In this document: positions 25,517-37,293 of the stretch, in pieces
Layout of the letters: the number at the start of each line of letters is the position of its first letter
Position numbering within the stretch: the first letter of the stretch is position 1
NCBI GenBank assembly: GCA_051362555.1
Contig: CM120648.1
Span: forward strand, 4,026,587-4,090,586
DNA length: 64,000 bases
From: Lingula anatina
Taxonomy: Eukaryota > Animalia > Brachiopoda
Reading direction: 5' to 3'
Translations under genes and position numbers: made by a program
Notes under the pieces: model-generated
Seen by the model: only the letters and a program-made list of their open reading frames with translations
Databases searched by the model: none
What the model was told of the DNA's origin: nothing

Positions 25517-26706
25517 CATTTATTTATTTCAGGGAAAAAGAAACTGGTGCTGAAGATTTAGCAGATGAAGGTGGAGAAATTGAAGATGAAGAAGATGGTG
25601 GAAAAAGAGGGATAAATTATCAGGTTAGTGAGATTTTTAAAAGTATTTATAAGTATATTTTCATTTTATCTCCTTAATTTTGATTTTTTTTTTTTTTTTT
25701 TTTTCAAATTCAAACATTTTGGAAAAAAATATTTTAGGGCAGTTGACCCATAGACTTGTATGTTGAAAATGTTCTTTCTCTATGTTCTAGATTGAGAAGA
25801 ACAAAGGTCTTACACCACATCGCAAGAAAGAATTAAAAAATCCTCGTGTGAAGCATCGTAAAAAGTACAGAAAGGCCAAGATAAGACGCAAGGGACAGGT
25901 GAGCATGGGGAACATCCCAGTTTTATGAGAAAAAATTGTTAATCGCTTTTGCCTGGCTGTTATATTTCTGTTGAATATAAGATGAGAGATTTCAACAGCT
26001 TTTGGCTGATTTATATCTATTTGTGTCAGATTTCTTTGTTGAAGTCATTATTTGTGTAAAGTTATACTCTTATTGTAAGACACATTGCTTGTAATTCAAT
26101 GTAGATATGAATCTAAAATTATATAATTATGATCAAGGTGCATAATTGAAGTGCCAAGAAGATGAAGCATTTTCATGTCTGTGACCTAAAGTAATGTGCT
26201 ATTTTAGAAATGTAATCCGAGAGCTGTGATGATATCTTTGTCTCGTTCGTATGAAAAGTGGGCCTTCTGTCTTGAACAAAGGCACAGTTTGAATTGAATC
26301 TTATTTCTGAGCTCTGTAGGATTTTGTATGAAAAAGATAACATCTGCATCCGGACATCTTCAAGATAGTAGATTGTGTCATTGTTATACAAATTATAAAT
26401 TTTAATACCGAGCTTTGATAGGAATTCAGCTCAGTTATATTGTATTGTATGCATTAAATTTTCATACGTGTTGCATTCTGAATCATTTTTTCAGAGATAA
26501 CAATAGTCTGGGCATGTTATACACTATACATGGTATACTAAGTGTGGAAATATCATAATTTTATTATTTATTAAGTTTTGGGGAATAGGCAGTAAATATG
26601 CCTTTCTTTTCAGATTCGAGAAGCACGCACAGAAATGAAGCGTTACGGAGGGGAGATATCCGGCATCAGGGCAAGCATTATTAGAGTAGTGAAACTCAAG
26701 GCTTGA
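18804..26706 (+). CDS. UTP3: SSU processome component UTP3/SAS10, ~516 aa; exons 18804-18820, 19787-19919, 20701-20754, 21256-21373, 21892-21963, 22424-22539, 22863-23122, 23298-23394, 23717-23847, 24727-24844, 25122-25264, 25533-25623, 25791-25898, 26614-26706
   Basis: Motifs DEIDDFHASRDK, AWGRKKSKFYGAD, ELLKKESPELIELIDDFK, YCLNVQFYLILKA..HPVIGRL and the Sas10 C-terminal domain KRGINYQIEKNKGLTPHRKKELKNPRVKHRKKY..YGGEISGIRA. All junctions are in phase. Confidence 0.93.
18843..19500. mobile_element. Degenerate TIR element (Kolobok-like) in UTP3 intron 1
   Basis: Imperfect inverted ends (aaatccg..ggtcac / gtgaccggattt); boundaries approximate. Confidence 0.4.
20331..20416 (+). ncRNA. Intronic C/D box snoRNA, copy 1 (18S and 28S guides)
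   Basis: Stem GAGAGC/GCTCTC, box C ATGATGA (20338), guide GTCTCGTTCGT + D' ATGA, hairpin CACTG/CAGTG, C' GTGATTA, guide GTAGTGGTATTT + box D CTGA (20407). Guides are complementary to conserved 18S ACGAACGAGAC and 28S AAATACCACTAC. Confidence 0.9.
21439..21678 (+). mobile_element. Short Helentron/DINE-1-like non-autonomous element in UTP3 intron 4
   Basis: Starts tttattacctctgccaaggagg, has a (gtct)n microsatellite, subterminal IR gccttggcacaggt, a short hairpin gcactctc/agagtgc and ends ctagtt. Confidence 0.75.
23913..24084. mobile_element. MITE with 17-bp TIR and 5-bp TSD CAACC
   Basis: ctggggaagcgctagca / tgctagcacttccccag; CAACC at 23908-23912 and 24085-24089; right end partly reduplicated at 24091-24110. 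Confidence 0.75.
24202..24290 (+). ncRNA. Intronic C/D box snoRNA, copy 2 (same two guides)
   Basis: GAGAGC-c-ATGATGA..GTCTCGTTCGT ATGA..hairpin GACCTCT/AGAGGTC..CTGATTA..GTAGTGGTATTT CTGA GCTCT. Confidence 0.9.
26219..26315 (+). ncRNA. Intronic C/D box snoRNA, copy 3 (18S guide kept, D-box guide diverged)
   Basis: GAGAGC-t-GTGATGA..GTCTCGTTCGT ATGA..TTGAATCTTATTT CTGA GCTCT. Confidence 0.8.
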
Positions 26707-27989
26707 TGCATGATGGAGGAATTTATTGAACATTTTTGATGCGTGATGTGGCTGCGACAAACCATGTGGTGACTGAATGCAGACAGACGCTAAAAACCTG
26801 GACCCTGTAACTCGAAAGCATGGCGCACTGCGACCGAGCGCAAGTGTCTTGATGCCATAACTCACCCATACTCGCCCCATATAATACATTGTAGCCTCTA
26901 TGTGATATCGCTATTTACAATACGCGATGTTTTCGAGTTACGGAGCCCTGCTCACTTGTACCTTTTTACTCGTTCATAACTATCTGGAAGATTACAGCCA
27001 AACAGGAATGGGACTCTGCCCCCTAGACCCCATGCTATATTTTCAGACTTTTTCACTGAATGGCAGTTTCATCCCAGGCATCAACTAGCACCTGCTTGTT
27101 CAAGTTTGGACAGACATTTCAGAAAACCTGTCCGGGCACAATACCACGGAGGTTTATTATTGTGGAAAAACTGAAGTTACAGTGTAGAAAAGAATACGTC
27201 ACTAACAGAAATATGTATATTTTTATACAACCTGCATGTAGCATAGTCGATTGGATTCAAAACTACAGCTTAACCAGTTTCTAACAAGGCGGCCAAAATT
27301 TCTCTAATTATTGGCATTTCATTCATGTTTTCTTAAATGTAAAATTTCTTTCAGTCATGATAAAACATTTTCAATAATATACAGATCATTTTTTAAAAGT
27401 GCCTGTGTTTTCATTTTCTTTATACAGTATAAAGGCGTTTCCATGAGAGATAGGTAGTAACGCAGTACGTGGTGATCGCCATTGATGGCAGGGTGATGGT
27501 TTTTCTAAAAAGTGGCCGTAAGGAAGGGGGGAGTCAACCCCCATGATCTAAGCCTTTGGGTATAACATGTTTTAAAAGACTATGTAAACTATGGTTATCT
27601 AGAATATTTAGATTAAGTGTTATGGTTCATCTCTTTATAGTTCATCTCGTGACTAGACCCTCAGTGACACCCTACAAGCACGGAGTGGTCACATATTACG
27701 TCTAACGGGCGTAGTATCGGGTTATTTAGCCTTGCAAGGCTTTTCACGTGTCGTATGCGCTGTGAGGATTTATATCCATGTTACTACAACTAAGGGTAAA
27801 TGTATTTTTTAGGGAATCGGAGAAGTAAAAGTTAATTTGGGGAATTTTCTCTACTGAAACAAGTTATTTTTAAAAGCTCAGGTGTTTTAGTAAGTTCCGT
27901 AACCCATCAATGTTACCCTGACAAAAAAAGAATTTGGATCAATTTACGTAGACTGACAGTTTCAGTGGAGCCAGGGAAAGAGCCCAAAA

Positions 27990-28154
27990 CAGGGGCAGAT
28001 TGAGGCTGTCTTCTTGGTTTTCCTGTAGACGGTCAGATAATCAAGTTTATATTGACGGGTATCTAATTTTTTCTGTCGGAAGACGGTCAAAAATGGATGG
28101 ATCAACAAACAGAGTTTGGAAGACTGCTAGAAAATGTCTCTGGGTCCGCCCCTG
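27990..28154. mobile_element. MITE, copy of 8716-8881
   Basis: Same termini and internal sequence; flanks CAAAA / CAAAG. Confidence 0.75.
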
Positions 28155-29374
28155 CAAAGTTCATGTGCTTGCTGTTGTCAGGGCATTATATCGCATAATT
28201 CCCTGCTGCGGTCAGCTTTTTTGGACATGGTCAGTAGGCCTATTTCAGACTGGTCGTATTCCTTGGTTCTATGGTAAACCGGTGTAACAGGAATGGAAGT
28301 CCTAGGAATGAAGTCCGGGCTCCCATGTGATTAGTACAGATTAGGGTTAGTTGGGGTATTGGGGTTAGTATATGGGTCGAATGTCGCCTATACAAAGTAA
28401 TGGGAAGCGGACTTCGGTTCCTTGCGGACTTCCATCCCTTTTACACTGGGGACGACCAGTCCACTGCGCAATCCAGGGTATCGCAGAACATCACGAAACT
28501 AGGTTAAAAGTATCACCCCAGCCTCGCTGTGGTCCTCCGTGCCCCTCACGCCTCCTCGTGTGCTGAAACACCTGTCGCCTTTCCAAAGTCTTAGGCCATA
28601 TCAGATATGTTTTGGGTTTGACAACGCATAATTGACTTAAGGTCTATAAACATTTGAACCTCACTGTGTATTTAATTTTTTATTCACAAAATATAAAAAC
28701 TATACAGTAGCAAAAGGGCTATAGCATATATATGTTATAGCACAGTGATTAACACGAGAACTGTGCAGTATGCTATACATACAGACCCCATTATAGTAAT
28801 TGAAACAGACATACATAACACACGACCACACACACATACACAGAATGGACTAAACAAGCTTCATTAAGATCCATCATGAAGGTAGATTCTCAGTTAGTCG
28901 AATGCAATTATTTTCTTTTCTCGAACAAACAGCTGAATTATATGTGTAACTACTTGTCTACTGGTTAATTCTTAGTAAAAATGACTGAGTATTGAAATCT
29001 AATCGATTCCGCCGGCGGTCATAGCAATGTATGTCTCATGAAAACACAACACAGCGCTGTAACTGTACACAATGATGGTTAAGTCCAATATATGACGGTT
29101 AATTTAATTGCAAGTGAATCGTTATCGAGACATAAACTACCACTGGATTGTAGAAATGAGAGAGAAATGTCTCAACTCGATCAACAGTGGGGATCCTAGG
29201 GACCTTGTCCCGATGACATAATTTTTGTTACCGGTTGTATCCCTTTTTCAGACGATATTCCTTGGCGCGATGGTATTATCGTAACGTTTACCATGACCAT
29301 ACAGATACTTTTTTCACTAATTTTATGCACATTTGTATTCAGTGTTCATTTTTGCACAGGATAACTAAGAAAAA

Positions 29375-29477
29375 TGACGTCACCACCGCCTGGCCTCTGT
29401 TAGTGAGTTGTGACGTTAAACAAATAATTTCCAGTCTGGCCTAAATATACACGGATCGTCCCAACTAATTATAAAAG
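29375..29477 (+). promoter_or_regulatory. Promoter of the GM2A-like gene (CRE palindrome and TATA box)
   Basis: TGACGTCA at 29375-29382 and TATAAAAG at 29470-29477, about 100 bp upstream of the ATG. Confidence 0.55.
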
Positions 29478-29575
29478 ATGCGTCACAATTAGAGACCTCT
29501 AAGTTAAAATAAATCCGAATTTCTCTTTTCCTCTGTCTTACAACCGTAGTCAAACGTTAATAGTCAAGACAGAAA

Positions 29576-31359
29576 ATGTGGCGTCTAGCGGTCCTCTCTC
29601 TCGCGCTAGTACTAGCGACTGAGGCCAAGTTTACGTGGAAGCAATGTGGTGAGTGCATTTTGTCTTTCAATCTGTTGTATTTCTACTTTTTTATTATGTT
29701 TTAGATTCATAAATAGGTTGTTATTGAGATTATCATTGCTTATAGACAAAAAAGGAAATAAGTTTAAATAGATTTATTAATAATCAAATTAATAGATAAA
29801 TGAATACATATGTAAATTTATTTTAAATAAAAGGAATAAAAGACGTATAGTGACAACTTGTTTAGCTATTTTGAATGTCTTTTAAGATTTCTGAACCTAA
29901 TGCGAATAATAACTTTTTTCAGAATGGTAGGCCTAGTGTGAGTGTGTGTGTATGTGTGTTTGTATCTGTGCGTGCGCGCCTGCTTTTTCGCGCGGGCAGA
30001 ATTAGTTTGTGCTTGCGCGGATCTCAATGTACATAAATCAGACGTCATCCCAAATATGCGTTAACCTGATATCGAACGATATACATAAGCATCAAGTTTA
30101 ATTAAACAAAAAGGTATGTCAAACGCTAATTTCAGGTGGAAGCAAGGTAAAAGTCAACAGCATTTCCGCCTCAAATCCCGTCTCCTTTCCCGGCTCTATG
30201 ACCCTCTCCTTCGACGCCGAAATTTTGTCACAGGTAGATGATGTTGACCTTAAGTTGACTATTAAGAGAAAGACCGGAGGCTTGTTTGGTTTATACGTCT
30301 GGTTAACTCTACCGTGTCTGAGTGATCTTGGGTCTTGGTATGTTAATTTTTCTTTCTTTCTTCGTTTATTTATTTATTTATTTATGTACTCAGTTTAACT
30401 TTGTTGCTTTTTTAAAAGAAAATTTTCGAATTTTTTAGCCTGGCTCATGGTAAATTCTTTTTGAATTTCAAACTCGTTTCACAATGGCAATTATTGAAAT
30501 TATTATTAAAAAAACTGGACGTTCCCGCAATACTTCTAAACTAGTTTTTAGAGCCCTGCACTTACTTGATCTTATTTTGTTATTTGTTCGACTAGCTAAG
30601 GATTTCATGCGCGTTTTCACCATAAAGAAAATTTAGAATTTAGTATCCTGGGTCATCATAAATTCCTTTATTTTGCACAACTTCTAAATGTTCAGCTATA
30701 TACATATTGTACGTTTTTTCTTTCATATTTGGCAGCACCTACAAAGACGCCTGTCACATCATGGACCGCTCCACCGCGGAAGGTGCGTCAGCCGGTATAA
30801 AGAGCGTCGCAACACAAGTCAAGGAGATGCTGAACGGCGCCGGCCCCAGTGCATTTTCGCTGTCTTGCCCGTCCGCGCCTCGCAAACTCTCCGTTGGTCC
30901 CTATCAGCTGAATTTACCGAAGCCTGACGCTGGTGCCCTTGGTAACGCCATCACTAGCCTGTTTGGGTCGGTAAGTGGAGGATATTATGATACTGTTATA
31001 CTTCATTTTTTTAAAATTAAATTCTATTCTTTACTTCACCATTCCTTTTCGTTTTATACAAATAAAATGAATGATTTAACATATGAATGAATGGATAAAC
31101 GGAGAGGTTAATGAACTGAAAATTGATAAGTCAATAGGTAAAAAAGGTGAATAAATGCGTTTATAAGATATTAATATTCATAACCGTAAATAAAATTTTG
31201 GTCACGTAATGAAGAAAGTACATTTTATAATATTAAGGATAATACGTTAAAATGCATTTTTCTTTTCAGTCTGATTATGACGTCACGGCTAAGCTTGTGA
31301 GCCCTAGCTCTGGAGAGGTTTACGCCTGCGTGAATTTCATCACTTCGGTGAAAATGTAA
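29576..31359 (+). CDS. Ganglioside GM2 activator-like secreted ML-domain lipid-binding protein, 199 aa; exons 29576-29648, 30136-30337, 30736-30970, 31270-31359
   Basis: Signal peptide MWRLAVLSLALVLATEA, then FTWKQCG, NPVSFPGSMTLSF, WLTLPCLSDLGSCTYKDACHIMD, GPYQLNLP and final YDVTAKL..VYACVNF, which is the GM2A/ML-domain pattern. Junctions are in phase. Confidence 0.85.
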
Positions 31360-31945
31360 AGATAAAGAATAAATGGAAAATAAAGGAAATCAAGTCCAGC
31401 GCACACTGTAGGATATGGGCTGAGCTTTTGACCTCCGTAATATTCGGTCACACGCTGAGCTTACATGTGGACTCGAGTTTCCTGTAGTGACAGACTCATT
31501 GAAAGCCAAGTAAAATAGGCGTAGCTGCCTTCTGGTGATGCCGTTAGTTAAGCTTATACCTCACAGTGTTTGCTGGGCCTGGCTGATATTGTACGTGCAA
31601 TTCTGTATATGTGTGCACTCTAAGTGCCCAAATAAATAAATGAAATGAAAAAAAATTTAACATTGAATTGGTCAGTTTATTACTTTTTTATGACGGATTT
31701 GAGATTTACATAATTGGGCAGAAACTTTTAGTGCACTCGGACAAAAATCTTTCAGGCGAAAAATTCATATAAATTATCTGGTCGACCTTAATATATCTTG
31801 ACAGAATTTTGTAGAATAAGCTTAATAAGTTAATTTTAGGTGAGGGGGTTTCGCGTCCACCTATTTTAGTGTCTCTGCGGTCTTCGCTAATTTTTTAGGG
31901 AGGTGTGGCGATAGGGTTCACGTGTATCTACTAAATTCAAACTTA

Positions 31946-32119
31946 GGACGCGTTTCCAATGAAACTATCGTTCTTTTAGATCGATCCAACCTTGCAAGAC
32001 TCGCTGAATGCAATCATATTTACTGAACGACATGCCCCCTCGGGCAACTAGGGTGGGGGGTTAACTCTTAAAATTGTGTGTTAGGACGCACTCAAAACAC
32101 TTCCATTGGGAACACGCCC
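31946..32119. mobile_element. PIF/Harbinger-like MITE, TTA TSD
   Basis: TIR ggacgcgtttccaatg / cattgggaacacgccc; TTA at 31943-31945 and 32120-32122. Confidence 0.65.
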
Positions 32120-33212
32120 TTAGTCACCTTGGAAAACCGCTGCACAATAAAATTAATATTCAGACTGACAATGATAAATTGAGTTATCTTTTAATCTTCA
32201 AACTCAATAGAAAATAAAGGAAAAACGACCAAAAAACGACCAAACTTAAAACTGAATACTCCTGTAACACGTTAGTCAGTTTTATTAAACTAGATTTAGA
32301 GGCCTGTGCTTAACTGATCTTAATTATTTTCCTTCTTAAATTTGTATTAACATAAAATGTTTGTATTATTTAGCTTTAGGTTGAAGTTAGTATAAAAACT
32401 TATTATTATTATTAATATTATTTTCTAAAGATGTTTGCCACTGAAAACATGCCCCCCCCCCCCCACCCGGCGCAAAACACTGAATCTATCAGTGATCTTT
32501 CTCGTGACATAAAGTAAATAAGCGTTTCTAACTGTTCTAACGTGCAACAGAAATTGGTTTACAGACGCCAAGATCCAATATAAGGGAACTCATCATGACG
32601 TCAGCAAATGATCAGATCACATGGGATCCATCATGACGCAAAGTCTACGCAACTAGTCTTTTTGATGACGTCAGTAAGGTGAATTTTAATTTTGGTTTAA
32701 TGTAGGACTGGTCTAAACGCGACTTAATGAACCTGTAGATGACCCGAGAAGATAAAACTGATCCTCGGGTCACGCCCTGGCCTTAAACCGTGTGACTGGT
32801 ACCACATTTTTCATACATGGAGAGCATTAAGTTCAAATATTCATACATTTAACGAGGTTAATATATGGACTGCACGTCGTCTTTTTTTTTTTTTTTTTTT
32901 TTTGTAAGCTTATGTCATATGCAACTGTTATGAGTATATTATGATGCTATGTCCTTTTAAATAAGAGCAACAATATGTAATACTATTGGTCCAATAATTA
33001 CATTTTTGATAGATAAACAAAGGTTCATTCCACCAAAGCGAACTTCTGAAAAAGTGGCCTTAAGAACGTATATTTACAGAGTATTGTAGACTTTAATTTT
33101 TTTTGGAAAATGGTCGATACGTTTAAGAAGATTATTTTATTCTCCCAAAAATTGAACATTGCCATCGTTTTCTTTTTCGCCCCAAAAGCTGGCGCAGGTC
33201 CCTTACGGGAGC

Positions 33213-36200
33213 TTATGGTGGCAAAGGACAGCTTGGATTGGAAAAACATTCCCGCCAATATTTTTCTTGTTTTTTCACCCACTCGGAGTCGTAGCACTGA
33301 TGTGGGGGACAGCAGGCGCCACTGATAGGCCGATAACACGTCAGACCTACAATTGAATATTTCAAAGAAAGTTAAATCGAGATCGTCTTGAACATAAATG
33401 TAATTTCAAGTAATGCATATTAACAAAACGATACTGACCATATTTTTCAAAGAATATTGTTTTTGTATGTTAGTTACTCGAATGAATTTGATCTGCTTTG
33501 CAAGCGAGAAAAAGTTTGTACCTAAACCGCTTAGCTGCGCTAGCGTATAATTACATGCATCATGGTGTGTGCACATGATTGTACAATTCAATTCTCAAAA
33601 TTACAAAAATAAATCTGCTGCGGGTCAACTTCCATGAAAAAACAAAACGTGTTCAAAAGTATCTAAACGCCACCTTTTTTTGCACGCCGTCGCGTTACCG
33701 GAACCCGAGATAATAGAAGATATTATATCAGTCATTCTTTGCTAGTGGTGCACTGCGGGGGGACCATAACAAGAATGTTATTTAAATTTAGATAGCCGAC
33801 CAAATTCTCATGACATCGTTGTGTATGTTTCAATAACAAATCAAAGAAGCTGCATGAGCAAGGAGGATATTGTTATAAAAGCAAAAGAAGAGAAAAAGCA
33901 GAAAATATATCGAAATTACCCTCAAAATGGCGTCTTTTTTTGTGGAATTTCGACCCTACCTCTATTTAGGAACAGTTTGTTTAGGGTTTGAATTAATTAT
34001 TGAAGCAGGGAATACACCTACTGCAAGAAGATATAATAAACAGAATGTGCAAATGGTTATTTAAATAAAAATTTATTTGAAGTCACTGAAAAATGATCAC
34101 AAAATTAGCTTAACTTACGATACATGCGGTGTCCCACCCCGATGAAAATTTCATCTAATCCTATCTTTCCGTATTAAAACTGTTCAATCGTCCAAAGTAG
34201 TATTTCGGTTAGTTTGTGTCACGAAATCCATGATAATATCAGTTTTCTTAAGAATTTCACATTTATTGCTCAGCAAGGTCGTTATTTCTTCACCGCGTCC
34301 CAATATTACGTTCGCAACGCTGAAACTTCAGAGATCGATTCTTATCAGACGACTTTAAAATGCCGCGTGAAAATTATACATCGATAGCGATCTTCTTCCA
34401 TACTCACTAACTGATGACGTCTACACACAAATGGCTTCTTTTACACACTAAAAAAAAAACAGCTCAAACTGGCGGGTGGCCCATTCTGATAACATGTTAC
34501 GCAATGACGCTGTCGAGATAGGATGCAGGGCACAGGTGTAATTCCCTCGATTTAACCGTCACAGGATTGTTTATTGGGATCTTCTTTGTATGAAGGTGAG
34601 AAATAATGAGTTTCGTTTCATTTTTCTTCAATTGTTTCAACATATTTGTGTACCGATTGATTTTTACCATTCTATAAGTAGGGTGACTTCGTCTGAACTT
34701 TCGTTTTGCGTCTGTTTCACATGGGGGACTAAAGGTCATATTGAACATGGTGACGCGGTGATACCGTATTCATGTTCTCTTGTTCTCGAAAACTCAATCA
34801 TCGAAATTGAATTACTTTTTTTTAGTTTTGTCTTAAATTAAGCTGCTACACTGTATTCCGTGCGTTTAAATTTTAACCGTCTGTAAAAACAGCAATAATG
34901 GATTACTAGCAACACTTACGTTACGCAATGAAGCACCGAAAATGGGTGAAGAAAATGTGTCTCAGTAATGCGTGTTTGCCACTCATAATGCACTGTACTT
35001 TGTTTGAATAAGCAATAAACTATTTGTGATCTTAGGTTATCCATTGTTCGTTATCAGAGTTAACAGATTCTTTGTGTGATTTTTTTTCATAATCCCAAGA
35101 GTGGATGCCTTAGTGAGCACAGAACAGATATCACCATTGGTCTACATATGTCAGGAAGAATGTTATAATTATGAACTTTGTGTTACACTGAACTTCATTT
35201 TGTTAAATTTTGTATTTAACTGAACTTTATTGTGTTAAAATAATAATAAAAAAATAATATTTCTGATAAAAAACTACAATCTGGAACATTCTTTAGATCA
35301 ACTTTGTTCAGTGTGTGTCCCATATGACAGAGTTACAGTAAATAAAATATGTGCATTATTCCTCTGTGTTTGTCAATTCCATTTTAAAAGCATGTTAAAG
35401 TGGTGTGCCCCTCATGAATGAAGTGTGTATGGATAATAGCAAAAATATTGTTATTATTTACATGATTATAAAAAGTTTTTGTACCCGCGTCAATAACGAT
35501 ACAGTGACCCACATATTCACCATTTTTATTAATTATGAAATGTGGATTAAATTCTTCAAAACCAGTTTTGAAGCATTGAGACAACACCCCCTTATGATTT
35601 AAACTAAAACTGAAAACATTCCATTAGACTTTCATTAGTTTGTGCAAAATATATTACCCAGGGTAACGCGTCTTGGATTTGGTGGGTATAGCTGTTCAAC
35701 TCTCCTGTGTGCCCTAAAAAGGGCAGCTGCTGTTTCCCTTTTTATGAAATGATAAACTGTGATGGTGTAGCTATCACATCGCAAAATTACAGCTTCCCAG
35801 AGAAAGTTTGAAATTTTCGGTCAAATTCAACATTTTGTAACCACTAGCAAAGAATGACAGATATGCAATGGCGTGTTTACCTGAACCACAAGTACAAGAG
35901 CTAGGATCGCAACGTTCTCCTTTTTGTTGTAAAATGGTGGAACAATAGCCTGTAACCGATGGAGTGGGGCCTGGTAAGAAAATAAAATGCACGTTAAATT
36001 CGGTGACATCAATTAAATTTGATTATGAAAATATCTAGAGATGAGCATAGATGAGACATTAAACTCATCTTGGACATTTTATGTCAAAAATATTTCCCCT
36101 ATTCTAGGACAAATAAAGACATGATCCCTCTTATGAGTTAGAAGTAATTTTTTTTTTCATTTGGCCAAGGGAGAGGATTTGTAAGGGTTCAATCACAGCC

Positions 36201-37220
36201 GAATGAATGACGGCATTTCAACAAATTAAATTTTCAAAAGTATCAACCTCGGGTGACGTATACATGTCCCTGTAGGCCTACGATTTTGTTGAGTTTTGAA
36301 AATGAAGAAACTCACTGTAAATATGTGACGTAACATACATTGTAGCATGATATCAATAATAAGGCAAATGCAACTGGAATTATATCAATAGCTTACTGTT
36401 ATTTCTACAAATTATTGTTTTTGTGGATATAGTCTAAAGAGATAGCTATGTTTATGTATACTCACTAACACCAAGAAGAAGATCACCAAATCCTCCGAAT
36501 CCAAAACCAGACCCTCCATCGTTCAACCTTCCAACAAGTACGCCACGCACATCCCGGCAGCAGCTGTTTTGTCCGCATTCCGACGATGATTTGCACGATT
36601 TGAGCTGGAACTTTACACGAACAATATCATGTAGCTAATTAACTGAAAGGTGCTCGGATTTTGAAACGAACCCAAAAGGCCTAAAACATGAGAAGGGAAT
36701 AATTTCGGTTAAATTTAAATGATAAAAGAGAATAAAAGATAAAGGATTGAACAGGAAAGACGTTATTTCAGTACCTTTGTTGAGCTTATATATATATAAT
36801 GCTAAAAACCACGTATCTGATTTTTTGTTGTGGTACAAATAAGGCAAACAAAATATTCTGTGCTTTTTTTTTAATGATCTTTCTAAAAAATGGGTATTGT
36901 CGTCACTAACAAGTATCGCTTTACATTAGTTTCAGCAGACGTGATTACTGAAGCATGTTAACAGAAACTGTTTGTACAACTGATTAAAAAAATACGTTCA
37001 ATTAACATAGAATTATTAGCTGAAATCTTTAGCAAATAATTTTCTTTGTTTTTTTACTGGAAAAATTGTAACTTACAGCTTGGCCATCACGCTTAAGTTG
37101 AGCTGCATGTGAAACAACTGGAAATACCTGTAATACAAAATTTAGAATTGAAACCAAGCTTCCTAAGTCTGGATCTCTCACCTTCTCTCTTTCTCTCCCC
37201 TCTCTCTCTATCTCCCTCCC

Positions 37221-37293
<73 letters not shown>

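Noticed and set aside
28339-28370. Telomere-like ttagggttag..ggggttag
   Set aside because: Too short and degenerate to call an interstitial telomeric repeat.
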